DNA of 64,000 nt from an uncultured Nitrososphaerales archaeon (GCA_963709405.1 CAVPXM010000055.1:96001-160000); one strand, 5' to 3'. Shown: positions 22,862-32,893, numbered from the stretch's first letter. The notes: generated from the letters alone by a model not told the origin. Translations and numbers: made by a program.

Positions 22862-23803
22862 TCAATACTTGTGTGCCATCCCTACGATATCCGCAACAGT
22901 TTTGAAGCCCTTGATCTCCAAATAATGTTTTATACCCCTAGAAATTTGCCTAAAAATGCCAATACCAGTATATCCTACGGCACTACCAATTTGAACGGCA
23001 GAAGCACCTGCCAAGAGGAACTCTATCGCGTCTTGCCACGTGAATATTCCTCCACATCCGATCACTGGCATTCTTAGTTTTTTTGATATTTCATATACGC
23101 ACCTTATCGCTACTGGCTTGATCGATCTGCCTGATAGTCCTCCAACCCTATTACTAAGTATAGGCATACCGGTTTGAACGTTAATTGTCATCGCCCTGAT
23201 AGTATTTATAGCAGTAACTCCGCTTGCATTTTCATCCCTTGCAACTTCAGCGATTTTGAGAATATCGGTGTTACCGATTCCAACTTTTACAAATATTGGT
23301 TTGCTTGTATTATGTCTAACAGTACTAATTATGTCGCCTACCATTTCCAAATCGTCACCTACCTCCATTCCCATCTTTTCCACATGTGGACATGAAAGAT
23401 TAATTTCATAGCCCAGAATATTCAAAGTGTCGAATCTTTTCACCATAGGGCCGAAATCCTTTTGATTAGAACCGACAAGGCTCAAAATCAAAGGGGTTTT
23501 ATTCATTTCGATTTCCTTAGCAAAGGCTTTAAACCCAGGATTTGCAAGTCCTACTGCATTGATATAGCTCTTTTCATTAATGGCTACTACGGTCGGATTA
23601 TGATAGCCTTCTCTGGGAAAAATGCTAATAGATTTTGAAACTAAACATCCAGCTCCTGCCTTGTAAATTCTATCAAAGATATCCTGAGATATCCCCAAGA
23701 AACCAGAAGCTAACATTGTCGGGTTTTGAAGCTTCAATCCACCGACTATTACGGCTAAGGATTCTGTCCTCAACGTATTATATTCCTCCACAACAAATCT
23801 CAC
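22862..23803 (-). CDS. pyrD: Dihydroorotate dehydrogenase (class 1)
   Basis: NPTMLASG, NAVGLANPG, EINLSCPH, GGLSG and GASAVQIG motifs; start may be slightly downstream. Confidence 0.95.
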   Translation of the reverse strand: MRFVVEEYNTLRTESLAVIVGGLKLQNPTMLASGFLGISQDIFDRIYKAGAGCLVSKSISIFPREGYHNPTVVAINEKSYINAVGLANPGFKAFAKEIEMNKTPLILSLVGSNQKDFGPMVKRFDTLNILGYEINLSCPHVEKMGMEVGDDLEMVGDIISTVRHNTSKPIFVKVGIGNTDILKIAEVARDENASGVTAINTIRAMTINVQTGMPILSNRVGGLSGRSIKPVAIRCVYEISKKLRMPVIGCGGIFTWQDAIEFLLAGASAVQIGSAVGYTGIGIFRQISRGIKHYLEIKGFKTVADIVGMAHKY

Positions 23804-23939
23804 ATAAAAATAGCTGGTATTAATAATAAGTTGTATACTGGAGCGTCAGTACTAATGATTTATGCTCGGTCGCCTGTCATGAATTTGGACTAATATTTTG
23901 GGAATATACATTTACGACACCGGCAACACTAGTGACAGT

Positions 23940-24770
23940 ATGAAATTAGCCTTCAGTTCAAATGCGTTCAAAGCACACACAATCGAAACTTGCATCAAAG
24001 AAGTCAGCAGTTTAGGCTATGAAGGAGTAGAAATTTTGTGTGATTATCCACATGCATATCCCCCCGCAATGACCCCGGATAAGATAAGATCATTACTAGC
24101 CTTAGTAATCAAAAGACACATTAGCATCTCCAACTTGAATGCTTTCTCCCTCTATGCTATAAACGATGTATATCATCCTTCTTGGATAGAGGCCAGCGAA
24201 CCTCTACGAAAGCTACGGATGCAGCATACTGTTAACTGCATTAGACTTGCAAAGGCGCTGGGTGCTAGAACGCTGTCTACAGAGCCAGGCGGGATATGTG
24301 ACAGGTCTAAGGATAACCTAATAGAGATTAGGAAAATGTTCATCAAAGGCATTTCTGAAGTTGCTCTTGAAGCTGAGAAAAATGATATCAAGATATTAGT
24401 AGAACCGGAACCAAATTTGTTACTCGAAACATCAAAGGATTTTTTAGATTTCATAAAAGAGGTAACGTCTCATGCAATAGGACTAAATTTTGATATAGGC
24501 CATTTCTTTTGTGTAGGAGAGGATCCTACTCAATTGGTATATAAGTTGGCAGACTACATAGGCCATATTCACTTGGCAGATATCGCAGCTAGTAGAATAC
24601 ACAACCATCTGATTCCTGGAGACGGAGCAATTGATTTGAGGGCAGTATTGAAAGCAATATCGGACATTGGTTATAACGGCTTCATAACGGTCGAGCTATA
24701 TCCGTACCAAGACGACCCAGTTTATGCTGCTAGACAAGCATACGATTATCTTAACAGCATCATAAATTGA
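23940..24770 (+). CDS. Sugar phosphate isomerase/epimerase (xylose-isomerase-like TIM barrel)
   Basis: GYEGVE, VEPEP, NFDIGH, HIHLAD, H.IPGDG and TVELY metal motifs. Confidence 0.85.
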   Translation: MKLAFSSNAFKAHTIETCIKEVSSLGYEGVEILCDYPHAYPPAMTPDKIRSLLALVIKRHISISNLNAFSLYAINDVYHPSWIEASEPLRKLRMQHTVNCIRLAKALGARTLSTEPGGICDRSKDNLIEIRKMFIKGISEVALEAEKNDIKILVEPEPNLLLETSKDFLDFIKEVTSHAIGLNFDIGHFFCVGEDPTQLVYKLADYIGHIHLADIAASRIHNHLIPGDGAIDLRAVLKAISDIGYNGFITVELYPYQDDPVYAARQAYDYLNSIIN

Positions 24771-24986
24771 TAGCAACCCCGTTTGAAGAATAGAATTGCA
24801 CCGAAAAACCTTGAGAGAGGCTGTAGGATTATCAGACTGATAAAAATCTGATGTTCCCTCGCTAGGGATTGTTAAATTAAGTTGAATCAGACTTAGTTGT
24901 ACACGTTCTTTAAATACTATTGTATTCATTCGAATCGAATTCCGTATAACTACGAGCCATTGGTTCAGACTACTAATGAGCAATGA

Positions 24987-25985
24987 TCAAGGTTTAGAAA
25001 TCCCATGTTTATTTTCTAGAAAGATAACGGTAGTCAGATAGATGCCTAGCCATGGCAAAAACATTATTTCCCCTGCAAAAGAGTGAAATGCTTCCCACTC
25101 CTTTACGTTAGAGGTTACCGTTATGGCGACCATAGACAATGAGATAATCCTCAAGATATTAACTGCTGCCGTCCCCAAAGCTCCTATCACAAAGTAAACC
25201 AATTTGTAACCAAGTGGAATTCTTAATCTAAGTAGAATGGATAGCATCACTAGAGAGTAGATAATTACGCTTTGAACGCCAGCCGATGGCCAAAAGACCT
25301 GTAAGAAGAAAGGGCCATGCAAACCTTTCAACACTAGTAAATTTCCGCTGGCCGTCGCTGGCGTTTCACTTCCCAAATAAACAACGTGATCTCCAATGAA
25401 GCGCAAAATCCATTGATCGAATTGCAAGTATGTTGGGACGATCATTTGAAGAGGTCCCAGAGAATCATATGGAAAAAATGAATCAAGTGACAAAATTACT
25501 GCACTTCCGGCAAGATACACAACCCCGGCGGGTGCTATCTTGTACCATTTCCTTCCAAGTAGCAATAATAGCGATGCTATCGTATAAAGCGTGACCACGA
25601 GGTACTCAGACATTAGGATCCAACTATCGACTATGGCTACATTGTATGTGTGCCCGATTAAGACAATCCGTTGGTTCAAACCTAAGGGCAAGGCTATAAA
25701 GTAACCTATGACCAGACCGGAGAGTAATGATATGAGTAGAACCTTCAAAGCAGAAATGCGAAAACTGATTCCGACGATTTCAGCTAAAATAAAGGCCGCA
25801 GCGAAGGCAAAACCAGCATGACCTATGTTCCAAGAGAGCAAGAAAGATTCCGGAAAAAGTACAAAACAAGCCAAGAATGGACTGACGACAATAATACAAA
25901 TAGTTATGCGATAAAGATCCTGACCTTGAAAATGCACATTTTTGATCGCGCTGACGATGTACCTCTTGGCTCGATCTCCCTCCAA
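24987..25985 (-). CDS. Thaumarchaeosortase (archaeosortase/exosortase family)
   Basis: Multi-TM protein with FWPSAGVQS (Ser at the usual Cys), NILRI and FHSFAGE conserved Arg/His positions. Confidence 0.85.
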   Translation of the reverse strand: MEGDRAKRYIVSAIKNVHFQGQDLYRITICIIVVSPFLACFVLFPESFLLSWNIGHAGFAFAAAFILAEIVGISFRISALKVLLISLLSGLVIGYFIALPLGLNQRIVLIGHTYNVAIVDSWILMSEYLVVTLYTIASLLLLLGRKWYKIAPAGVVYLAGSAVILSLDSFFPYDSLGPLQMIVPTYLQFDQWILRFIGDHVVYLGSETPATASGNLLVLKGLHGPFFLQVFWPSAGVQSVIIYSLVMLSILLRLRIPLGYKLVYFVIGALGTAAVNILRIISLSMVAITVTSNVKEWEAFHSFAGEIMFLPWLGIYLTTVIFLENKHGISKP

Positions 25986-26176
25986 CTTAAGAGCTTATTT
26001 TTGACTCAAAAATAAAAACGTATGAATATTAAAAAGTAGGGATCTAACCGAACAAACCCTATCAAATACATAGGTCATAAAGCGGTACTTACTAGTTGTA
26101 AGAGTAGATTTCAAATGATTTACTAATTGAACAAATCTAGGTACAAAGTTTCAAGAAAGACCATTAACATTCAACA

Positions 26177-26794
26177 TCACTTCCAGTGCTTTCTCACAAA
26201 GTACTTTCCTGATTCTCGTGCAAGCAATTTTGCGAGTCTAATGGGTTCTGGAATAGAACCCTGGAGCGTGAACGAATTTAAAAGCGTTGTAACTAAGTCG
26301 TAGGATGACCCCCAATAGCGTATAAAGATTCTCTTACCTGTTCTAAGATCAACTGCTTCTCTGTTTCCAAGCATATTATATTTTCTCAATTTAGTAGCAC
26401 TTTCTGAGCAAAAATGATGGCGTATTGAACCCTCAAGACCCACTGAATCCCTAAAGGTTATAGCGATTACTGGAAGACCAGTGACGTCAGATATATTCCT
26501 ACCATCAATTATATTATACATGCTAACGATCAACCCATCTAAAAAAATACAACAAATATCGGTGCGGTCTAAATTCTTCCACATAGTTATTATATTCTCG
26601 GTAGCATCGTCTCCTTCGATCGTGGAGCTTCCAAACGATAGACCATCTACGACTAGATCACGTCGCATCACAATTCCTGCCCAGATTGATCTAGAGTCGG
26701 TTTTACTGAAACTTTCTGCTATTCCGAACACTCTAATACCCTTCTTATCAACGTGCAGTTGCTTCAGATTTATTTCGTCAACATATATCAGCAA
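26177..26794 (-). CDS. DUF99 family protein (endonuclease V-like fold)
   Basis: GIAESF, GDDAT, YNIID and IPEPIRLA motifs. Confidence 0.8.
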   Translation of the reverse strand: MLIYVDEINLKQLHVDKKGIRVFGIAESFSKTDSRSIWAGIVMRRDLVVDGLSFGSSTIEGDDATENIITMWKNLDRTDICCIFLDGLIVSMYNIIDGRNISDVTGLPVIAITFRDSVGLEGSIRHHFCSESATKLRKYNMLGNREAVDLRTGKRIFIRYWGSSYDLVTTLLNSFTLQGSIPEPIRLAKLLARESGKYFVRKHWK

Positions 26795-26944
26795 ATCTCA
26801 GAAGATTAATGTTTTGCCTTATTTCCCTCAACGATAAAATAACTGTGCTAGAACTTGTTATTTTTGATACAAATAATATCCTAATGACTAGAATTACCTA
26901 AAGTGAAGTCTATGCATTTTGAATAAAAATAGCATCCTTGATCT

Positions 26945-27520
26945 TTATTTTCTGTCTACCCTCCTGTCGCTAGTCGATGATTTAGAGGCTCTTGTTACTA
27001 AATAAAATGCGTGAGCTGAGATGAGAAACCCTGCAAGTGTCATCTTTGTTGCGAAAACGAGGTTCCATGGCGTATTGGGGTTTGGATAGGAAATGCTGAT
27101 GCTGTCTAGGTCTAAATGACCAGTTGCCAAGTTATATGTTATGAGAGAACTCCAAACAAAAAAGTTGTAAACTAACTCGTACAGTGATATCACGCATGCG
27201 ATAAGAATTATTAGTTGCAAGGCTGATTTGATAGGACTCGGTACAGTTGATAGCTTATCACCAACAAGTTTCATTGCAGAATACCACGAAATAACAGAGA
27301 AGACCATCAAGTATGTCACAAGCTTCGCCGCTCCGTGAATCGGAAATTCAGTGCTCACTATCACCTGGCCAATTATTACTGTCTTTGTTTTCGTGTATTG
27401 AGTAGCACTAGCATAGATACCGTAGGAACATATTGCAAGCATTGAAATGGCAGAGAAATAAAAGATGACTACGTAAATATTCAGTGTTGGAAAACGCTCC
27501 GATACACCCAAGCTACGCAT
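26945..27520 (-). CDS. Thaumarchaeal conserved membrane protein
   Basis: About 4 TM segments; YPNPNTPWNLVFATKM motif. Confidence 0.7.
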   Translation of the reverse strand: MRSLGVSERFPTLNIYVVIFYFSAISMLAICSYGIYASATQYTKTKTVIIGQVIVSTEFPIHGAAKLVTYLMVFSVISWYSAMKLVGDKLSTVPSPIKSALQLIILIACVISLYELVYNFFVWSSLITYNLATGHLDLDSISISYPNPNTPWNLVFATKMTLAGFLISAHAFYLVTRASKSSTSDRRVDRK

Positions 27521-27982
27521 GATAAATCCTGCTGATTAATCTAATATAAAAATAAGTGATTATGTTGCGAACTGAATTGCGGTAAATGACAATATTCAGG
27601 GCTGCGGTTTAACTATTTTTGAATTTTGGTAGTTTCACCAGGAATACATTTAATCTTTCTCATTATTCAAATAGCAAGGGAAGTTCTATTCAGGAATTGT
27701 GTCTGAGACTAACTTGTTATCGGATCACTTGGATTAATAAATAAATATTATTATCAACGTATGGGACAATATTAGATGTTATACGAATCCCACTACACGA
27801 ATCCTGCATAGATCGAATAACACATCTATTTGATAACGATTTACAGCACGTTAACGCATAAGCACTTTCAGAATGGGCTTGATCTATTAATATCTCTTAT
27901 CTTATCGTTGGGTGGTATATTAGCGAACGTAGATTACTTTACTAGATGCTTAGTACCTTCACAAGTCTAACAATAATCATTC

Positions 27983-28078
27983 GTTTGAATATTTCTAGCT
28001 TTTCTTACAACTGTTTATTCATACCTATACCTAGTATGCATGTATTAAGTTTCAATCCTATATTAGTCAAATTACAAC
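27983..28078 (-). CRISPR. Orphan mini-array remnant: one perfect 30-bp repeat (28049-28078), a 37-bp spacer (28012-28048) and a probable degenerate trailer repeat (27983-28011)
   Basis: 28049-28078 = GTTTCAATCCTATATTAGTCAAATTACAAC, identical to the consensus at 55395-55424. The upstream GTTTGAAT...TTACAAC keeps both repeat ends at spacer distance. Confidence 0.75.
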
Positions 28079-28102
28079 CTCAACTACTTTTCGGATAGGT
28101 TC
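28079..28102 (-). mobile_element. Isolated IS5-type left terminal inverted repeat fused to the CRISPR repeat
   Basis: CTCAACTACTTTTCGGATAGGTTC is identical to 55558-55581 and its reverse complement matches 54266-54289 at 22/24; followed by TAA (reverse complement of the TTA target). Confidence 0.88.
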
Positions 28103-28643
28103 TAAGTAACATTCTCCATTTGCCATCGCTGTGCGTACTGCGTTTCTAAGCTTGCTAAAAGATAGGTTTATCCGTTTGAACGACAGCTGTACACAAACGC
28201 CTTAGAACTTATTCTTAGATCGAGGGAGTACGGCATCGTGCAAGGAGCAAAGGCAAGATATGGGTGATACCCTCTTAAGCAACCAAGCACCAAGTCTGTA
28301 GAGAAATCTCAAGATATCACACATTGGATCCTAACGTACTAGACTAGTTGATACCAACACCTTGCAGGTCACCTTTCATGTGATTCCAGCAGGTGATATC
28401 TTTATCTTTTGTGTTACGACTACGCTATTGTAATTCCTAGTCGGGAGCTGTCCGATTCAGCTTTAGTATATGTCTCATATGGATTCGTAATTCTTACCTC
28501 GATAACTCGATTGCTTCGACAAGTAATGCAATCTATCAACTGTTCGCAACCCTACCTGCCTCTCAATCGGTTGCTGGGTCATCAAGTTTAACAGCTTACT
28601 GATATAATTTTTTTAATGTCGTGGATTGAATTTATTATTCAGG

Positions 28644-28730
28644 CGGGCCCGTCGGGAATCGAACCCGAGACAGCCGGATCTCTTCCGATTGATAAAAGTC
28701 CGGTACTCTACCTGGCTGAGCTACGGGCCC
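28644..28730 (-). tRNA. tRNA-Lys(UUU) with a 13-nt intron at canonical position 37/38 (28680-28692)
   Basis: Reverse strand folds as GGGCCCG acceptor, CCGGA-CT-TTT-A[intron]A-TCCGG anticodon arm and TCGGG-TTCGATT-CCCGA T-arm. Confidence 0.92.
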
Positions 28731-28901
28731 CAGCTACATTTAGGCTCAGACGCAGCATAATTTAATTTTATAGATAGTAAGAATAAAGACTAGTTCCATT
28801 TTGATAACAATTCTTTTAGCTATTGAGATATCGTCTATTTCCGACATCGCATCTCATTTGATCAAAACATTTTAATTTGTTTCTAGAATCCGTCCTTATA
28901 T

Positions 28902-29007
28902 GCCCGGGTAGTATAGAGCTGCTGGGTTTGTTCCCGGCTTCATACATTCCGGTCCAGTATGGGGGACTGTCACTCCTTCGACCCGGGTTCGAATCCCGGC
29001 CCGGGCG
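28902..29007 (+). tRNA. tRNA-Asp(GUC) with a non-canonical D-loop intron (about 28917-28947, 31 nt)
   Basis: GCCCGGG/CCCGGGC acceptor, GGGGA-CT-GTC-AC-TCCTT anticodon arm, CCGGG-TTCGAAT-CCCGG T-arm; the extra 31 nt contain a GTAT/ATAC helix with 3-nt bulges (BHB-like). Confidence 0.9.
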
Positions 29008-29020
29008 TACATTTGTTAAC

Positions 29021-29827
29021 CTATTTGAAAACGTGGACTTCAGAAGTAATTCTTTCATAACACTGATCGTCTCTTACTGCAATGAAGGATAAGGTTGCGT
29101 TTTGAGTAAGATCAGAGTCTAGGACTTGGCCATTCATTGCATAAACTTTAGCACCTGCTTCCTTTACAATCAGATAGGCTGCTGCCATATCAGTTATTCT
29201 GATTTTATTTCTAAAATCTAAATATGCGTCCAAAAATCCTCTTGCAAGATAGCATAGTTCCAATGCGTTTGCTCCCAAATGACGCGCATGCTTGAACTTT
29301 GATAGAAGGTATGATAGACTACTCAAAACCTCATGTGAGATTCCAGATATATTCATACCAACGACCATAGTCTCCAAACTGGCCTCTGACTTCTGATCAA
29401 CTTTAATCCTTTCGCCATTGATAAATGCTCCTTTGCCTTTCGAGGCACTGTAAAGATCTCCTCTTCCTAGGTCCATCACAACTGCATCTGTGATCGAACT
29501 CATTTTATAATCGGCAGCATATGCTAGAGAGCAGCAATAAAACGGGATACCACGCATGGCATTGGTTGTGCCATCAATCGCGTCCATCACGAGGTATCCG
29601 GAGTCTCCCTCAATAACTCCACATTCTTCTCCGATAACAGTAGGATTAAAGCCATTTTTTTCCAAGCTGTCGAATACTGCCCGCTCAGCAACAAGATCAA
29701 GGCCAGTTGAAATGTCTCCACCCGCACCTCTACCAAATTGAGCGCTCGCTTCTTTAGTTCCGGCGATCAATTTAGTCTGCTTCAGGACTTGATGCGCTGA
29801 TTCCGCTAATATATCCACTATTGCCAT
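29021..29827 (-). CDS. Inositol monophosphatase / FBPase family protein
   Basis: GEE, DAIDGTTN, GANALELCYLARG and DMAAA motifs. Confidence 0.9.
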   Translation of the reverse strand: MAIVDILAESAHQVLKQTKLIAGTKEASAQFGRGAGGDISTGLDLVAERAVFDSLEKNGFNPTVIGEECGVIEGDSGYLVMDAIDGTTNAMRGIPFYCCSLAYAADYKMSSITDAVVMDLGRGDLYSASKGKGAFINGERIKVDQKSEASLETMVVGMNISGISHEVLSSLSYLLSKFKHARHLGANALELCYLARGFLDAYLDFRNKIRITDMAAAYLIVKEAGAKVYAMNGQVLDSDLTQNATLSFIAVRDDQCYERITSEVHVFK

Positions 29828-29901
29828 ATAGAATTATCTATCGAAAGGATACTACCTATAAACCAAAACTTTAGTTGAAGAATTATAGGCCTAAATTACA
29901 C

Positions 29902-30009
29902 TTAGATAGAAATCTCTTTTTCGTCACTCTTTTTCTTGCCTTTTAATAATTGATAAAGCCAAACCTTCAACGCAAGATAAACGCTATAACCGCCGAATTT
30001 GGTTCTCAT
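29902..30009 (-). CDS. Small unannotated ORF MRTKFGGYSVYLALKVWLYQLLKGKKKSDEKEISI (35 aa; C-terminus may be affected by a homopolymer indel)
   Basis: Translated by hand; TATA-like TTTATAA on the minus strand about 25 bp upstream. Confidence 0.5.
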   Translation of the reverse strand: MRTKFGGYSVYLALKVWLYQLLKGKKKSDEKEISI

Positions 30010-30316
30010 TAATTATCATGACAATACATACATTATAAACTTTTTCAGCGAACACGCGCTCCTTGGAGGCTGAATTAGTCAAGTATTAATATTTAGTTCT
30101 CAATTGCAATCTTCCCATGAAACTGTAAAGATAGACTAGTTTGCACATTTACGAGTAGGACCAGTTTTCGTCAAAGAACAATATGCCTCATCAGTGATCC
30201 AAATATGACGAAATTAGGCATTTAGGCATTTAGGCTTAAGATACGTTACTCTGTCAAACTAGAGATTAATTGGCACGAGTTAAACAAGCAATTCCGGAAT
30301 ATATTCTTCGCCCATA

Positions 30317-30982
30317 CTAAGCACTCTTGTCCGGATCGTGATTCTGATTATTATTGTTGTTAACGTCTACGAGTCCTGGGAACCACCGATTGATGATTTT
30401 CTCCCAGTCTATCTTCAGTGATAGGTATATCAAAAGTCCGAGAGATGCGACACTAGCTACTGTTACTAGGATGAGTGTAATTGGGTCTATATTATTTGAA
30501 ATGACCTTATCAATAAATGGTCTGCCTAAATAAACCGAACCCCATACAATTATCTCATTCAGTATAAATTTGCCCAGAAACGTAGATACAACAAACTTCC
30601 AAGGAGTAAATTTTACGAGCCCAAGCGGAATGTACACTAAATCATCTGGTATAGGGGTCAGGGCCGCGATAAATGCGGCTAGTGAACCGTATTTTGCCAC
30701 CAACTTTTGAAGTGGATAAATACGCTTCTTGGTTTGTTTACTTAGGGACTTTCTGCCATAATAGCTTGCATAAAAGATTATTGTTTTTGCCAAGATAGCA
30801 CCCAATGCACTTGACAAGGACACCAAATTTGGGTCTAGTTCCTTGTTAAGAGCAGCAGCTATTAGAACGGGAAAGTAAGGGATTGGAACAAATACAATAA
30901 TGCTTCCAATAAAGCTAATTACAAACACACCAAGGTACCCCAGATTCTCAAAAAAAGCTAAGAACCCGGCTAAATCTAACAA
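30317..30982 (-). CDS. DedA/VTT (SNARE-associated) membrane protein
   Basis: LGYLGVFVISF and AALTPIPDD motifs, hydrophobic profile. Confidence 0.82.
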   Translation of the reverse strand: MLDLAGFLAFFENLGYLGVFVISFIGSIIVFVPIPYFPVLIAAALNKELDPNLVSLSSALGAILAKTIIFYASYYGRKSLSKQTKKRIYPLQKLVAKYGSLAAFIAALTPIPDDLVYIPLGLVKFTPWKFVVSTFLGKFILNEIIVWGSVYLGRPFIDKVISNNIDPITLILVTVASVASLGLLIYLSLKIDWEKIINRWFPGLVDVNNNNNQNHDPDKSA

Positions 30983-31103
30983 ATATTGTACTTCAACCTG
31001 TCCCTTATATCTACATTAGATTCTAAGTATTTTCTAATGATCGATTCCTGTTAGAATTCCGGCTGCACAATTACAAAATATATTGGATGTTCTTAGTCCA
31101 TGC

Positions 31104-32558
31104 CTAATATGCCCTTGCGAAAAGTACGATAGTGCTTGGCTTTTGTCTACAAAAAATACATTCAATATCATCTTTAACTGGGCTGTCGTCTGAGGGTATG
31201 ATCCTTATGTCGGCGCCAGTTTGTTCCTTTATTTGTGTCTCACACACATCTTCGCCGCACCAGCCGGCAGCAATGAATCCGCCCTTCCCTGAAAGTATTG
31301 CTTTAAAAGATTCGAAATCGGAAGCTGAAGTGGTATTACTTGAAAGAAACCCTTTTGCTCGTACGTATAGGTCATTTTGAATCTGGCTTAGTATCTCTTT
31401 TATTTCAGTTACCAATTCGGCGCGGGCTATGTTTATCTTTTTTCCAGTATCCCGTCTAGCAATTTCTAGGGTTCTATTCTCTATGTCTTTCGGCCCGATA
31501 TTTATCCTGAGGGGGACACCCCGTATTTCCCAGTCATTGAACTTCCATCCAGCTGTGTATCCATCTCTCTCGTCAATATTAGCTCGAACATTTGCTTGTA
31601 CCAGCTCTTGCAGAAGCTGGTTTGTATGCCCCTTTACAAGGCCTGCATCTGCTTTCTTATAGATCGGGATAATAATTACCTGTATTGGTGCTATTCGTGG
31701 AGGAATGATTAGTCCCCTGTTATCTCCATGAACCATTGCTAACGCTCCTATCAGACGCCACGAAGTACCCCATGAGGTCTGCCATGCGTAGTGTTCTAGG
31801 TTGTCCTTACCCAGGTACTTTATTTCGAAAGGTTTCGAGAAATTTTGCCCAAGATGGTGGGACGTAGCCATCTGTAAAGCTCTTCCATCCCCCATTAAAC
31901 TTTCCAGTGAGGCCGTTGATACCGCTCCAACAAACTTTTCTTGACTGCTCTTGAGGCCTTGCCTGACAGGTATAGCCAAGTATTCCTCCATCAGTTTCTT
32001 ATATACTTCTAGAATCAGATCTACTTCTTTTTGAGCTTCTTCACTGCTGTCATGCACGGTGTGCCCTTCTTGCCACAAAAATTCTGAATTCCGTATGAAA
32101 GGCTTCGTTGCTTTAATTTCTGCCCTAAGCGCAGTATTCCAGAAATTGATCTTGAGCGGTAAGTCTCTATAACTAGATATCCACTTTGCAAACGCCCAGT
32201 ATGCTATTGTTTCAGAAGTAGGGCGAAGCGCAAGTTTTTCAGTCAAATCATTACTACCAGCTCTTGTTACCCAGAATACCTCAGAACTAAATCCTTCAAA
32301 GTGTTCTTCTTCTTTTTTTAATAAACTCTCTGGTATCAGAACTGGTAAGAAGCCATTCTGGTGACCTGTAATTTTTAGAGATCTGTCGAGGATTTCTCTA
32401 ATCGATTCCCAGATAGAATAGCCGTACGGTCGCAAAATAAGAGTCCCCTTTGTCGATCCATAATCTGCAAGTCCACTCTTGAGGACAAGTTGACTATACC
32501 ATTCACTAAAGTTATCTTCTTTTCTTACAGTTAGCCCGACTTCCTTTACGGAACTCAA
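31104..32558 (-). CDS. proS: Proline--tRNA ligase (archaeal/eukaryotic type)
   Basis: RPTSET, FLWQEGHT, HHLGQNFSK and SWGTSWR motifs; C-terminal ARAY. Confidence 0.97.
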   Translation of the reverse strand: MSSVKEVGLTVRKEDNFSEWYSQLVLKSGLADYGSTKGTLILRPYGYSIWESIREILDRSLKITGHQNGFLPVLIPESLLKKEEEHFEGFSSEVFWVTRAGSNDLTEKLALRPTSETIAYWAFAKWISSYRDLPLKINFWNTALRAEIKATKPFIRNSEFLWQEGHTVHDSSEEAQKEVDLILEVYKKLMEEYLAIPVRQGLKSSQEKFVGAVSTASLESLMGDGRALQMATSHHLGQNFSKPFEIKYLGKDNLEHYAWQTSWGTSWRLIGALAMVHGDNRGLIIPPRIAPIQVIIIPIYKKADAGLVKGHTNQLLQELVQANVRANIDERDGYTAGWKFNDWEIRGVPLRINIGPKDIENRTLEIARRDTGKKINIARAELVTEIKEILSQIQNDLYVRAKGFLSSNTTSASDFESFKAILSGKGGFIAAGWCGEDVCETQIKEQTGADIRIIPSDDSPVKDDIECIFCRQKPSTIVLFARAY

Positions 32559-32605
32559 TAGTTACGTCGAATGGCCTTTTATTTATGAAGCTTTGGTCGT
32601 GGGTG

Positions 32606-32893
32606 TTAAAATGGCTCTCCTTTACAATAGACCTGTCCAGTTATTCTACTATGAAAATTCTTACAAACGTAGCACTGGATAAACCCCACCTCTTTCTCAA
32701 GAACAGGACAGTCTACTGCTTCTAACTTCATCCGTTTTAGCATTTTAGGACTGACACCCTTTAACTTCAACTTCCCTTTATCATCCATCATTCCAACACT
32801 ATGTAATTCGGCCTTAGCCTGATCGGTGAGCTTCAGCGATTTTTCAACTTGCTTCACTGGAACCACGTATTTTGATTCCGATGTATCATCCAT
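32606..32893 (-). CDS. Conserved hypothetical Cys-containing protein
   Basis: 95-aa ORF with C...CxxC...C pattern. Confidence 0.6.
   Translation of the reverse strand: MDDTSESKYVVPVKQVEKSLKLTDQAKAELHSVGMMDDKGKLKLKGVSPKMLKRMKLEAVDCPVLEKEVGFIQCYVCKNFHSRITGQVYCKGEPF

Noticed and set aside
28816-29092. ORFs 28816-29058 (-) and 28877-29092 (+)
   Set aside because: They overlap the tRNA-Asp gene and are shadow ORFs.
30213-30236. TTAGGCAT repeated about three times
   Set aside because: Short intergenic microsatellite-like duplication with no spacers or other structure.
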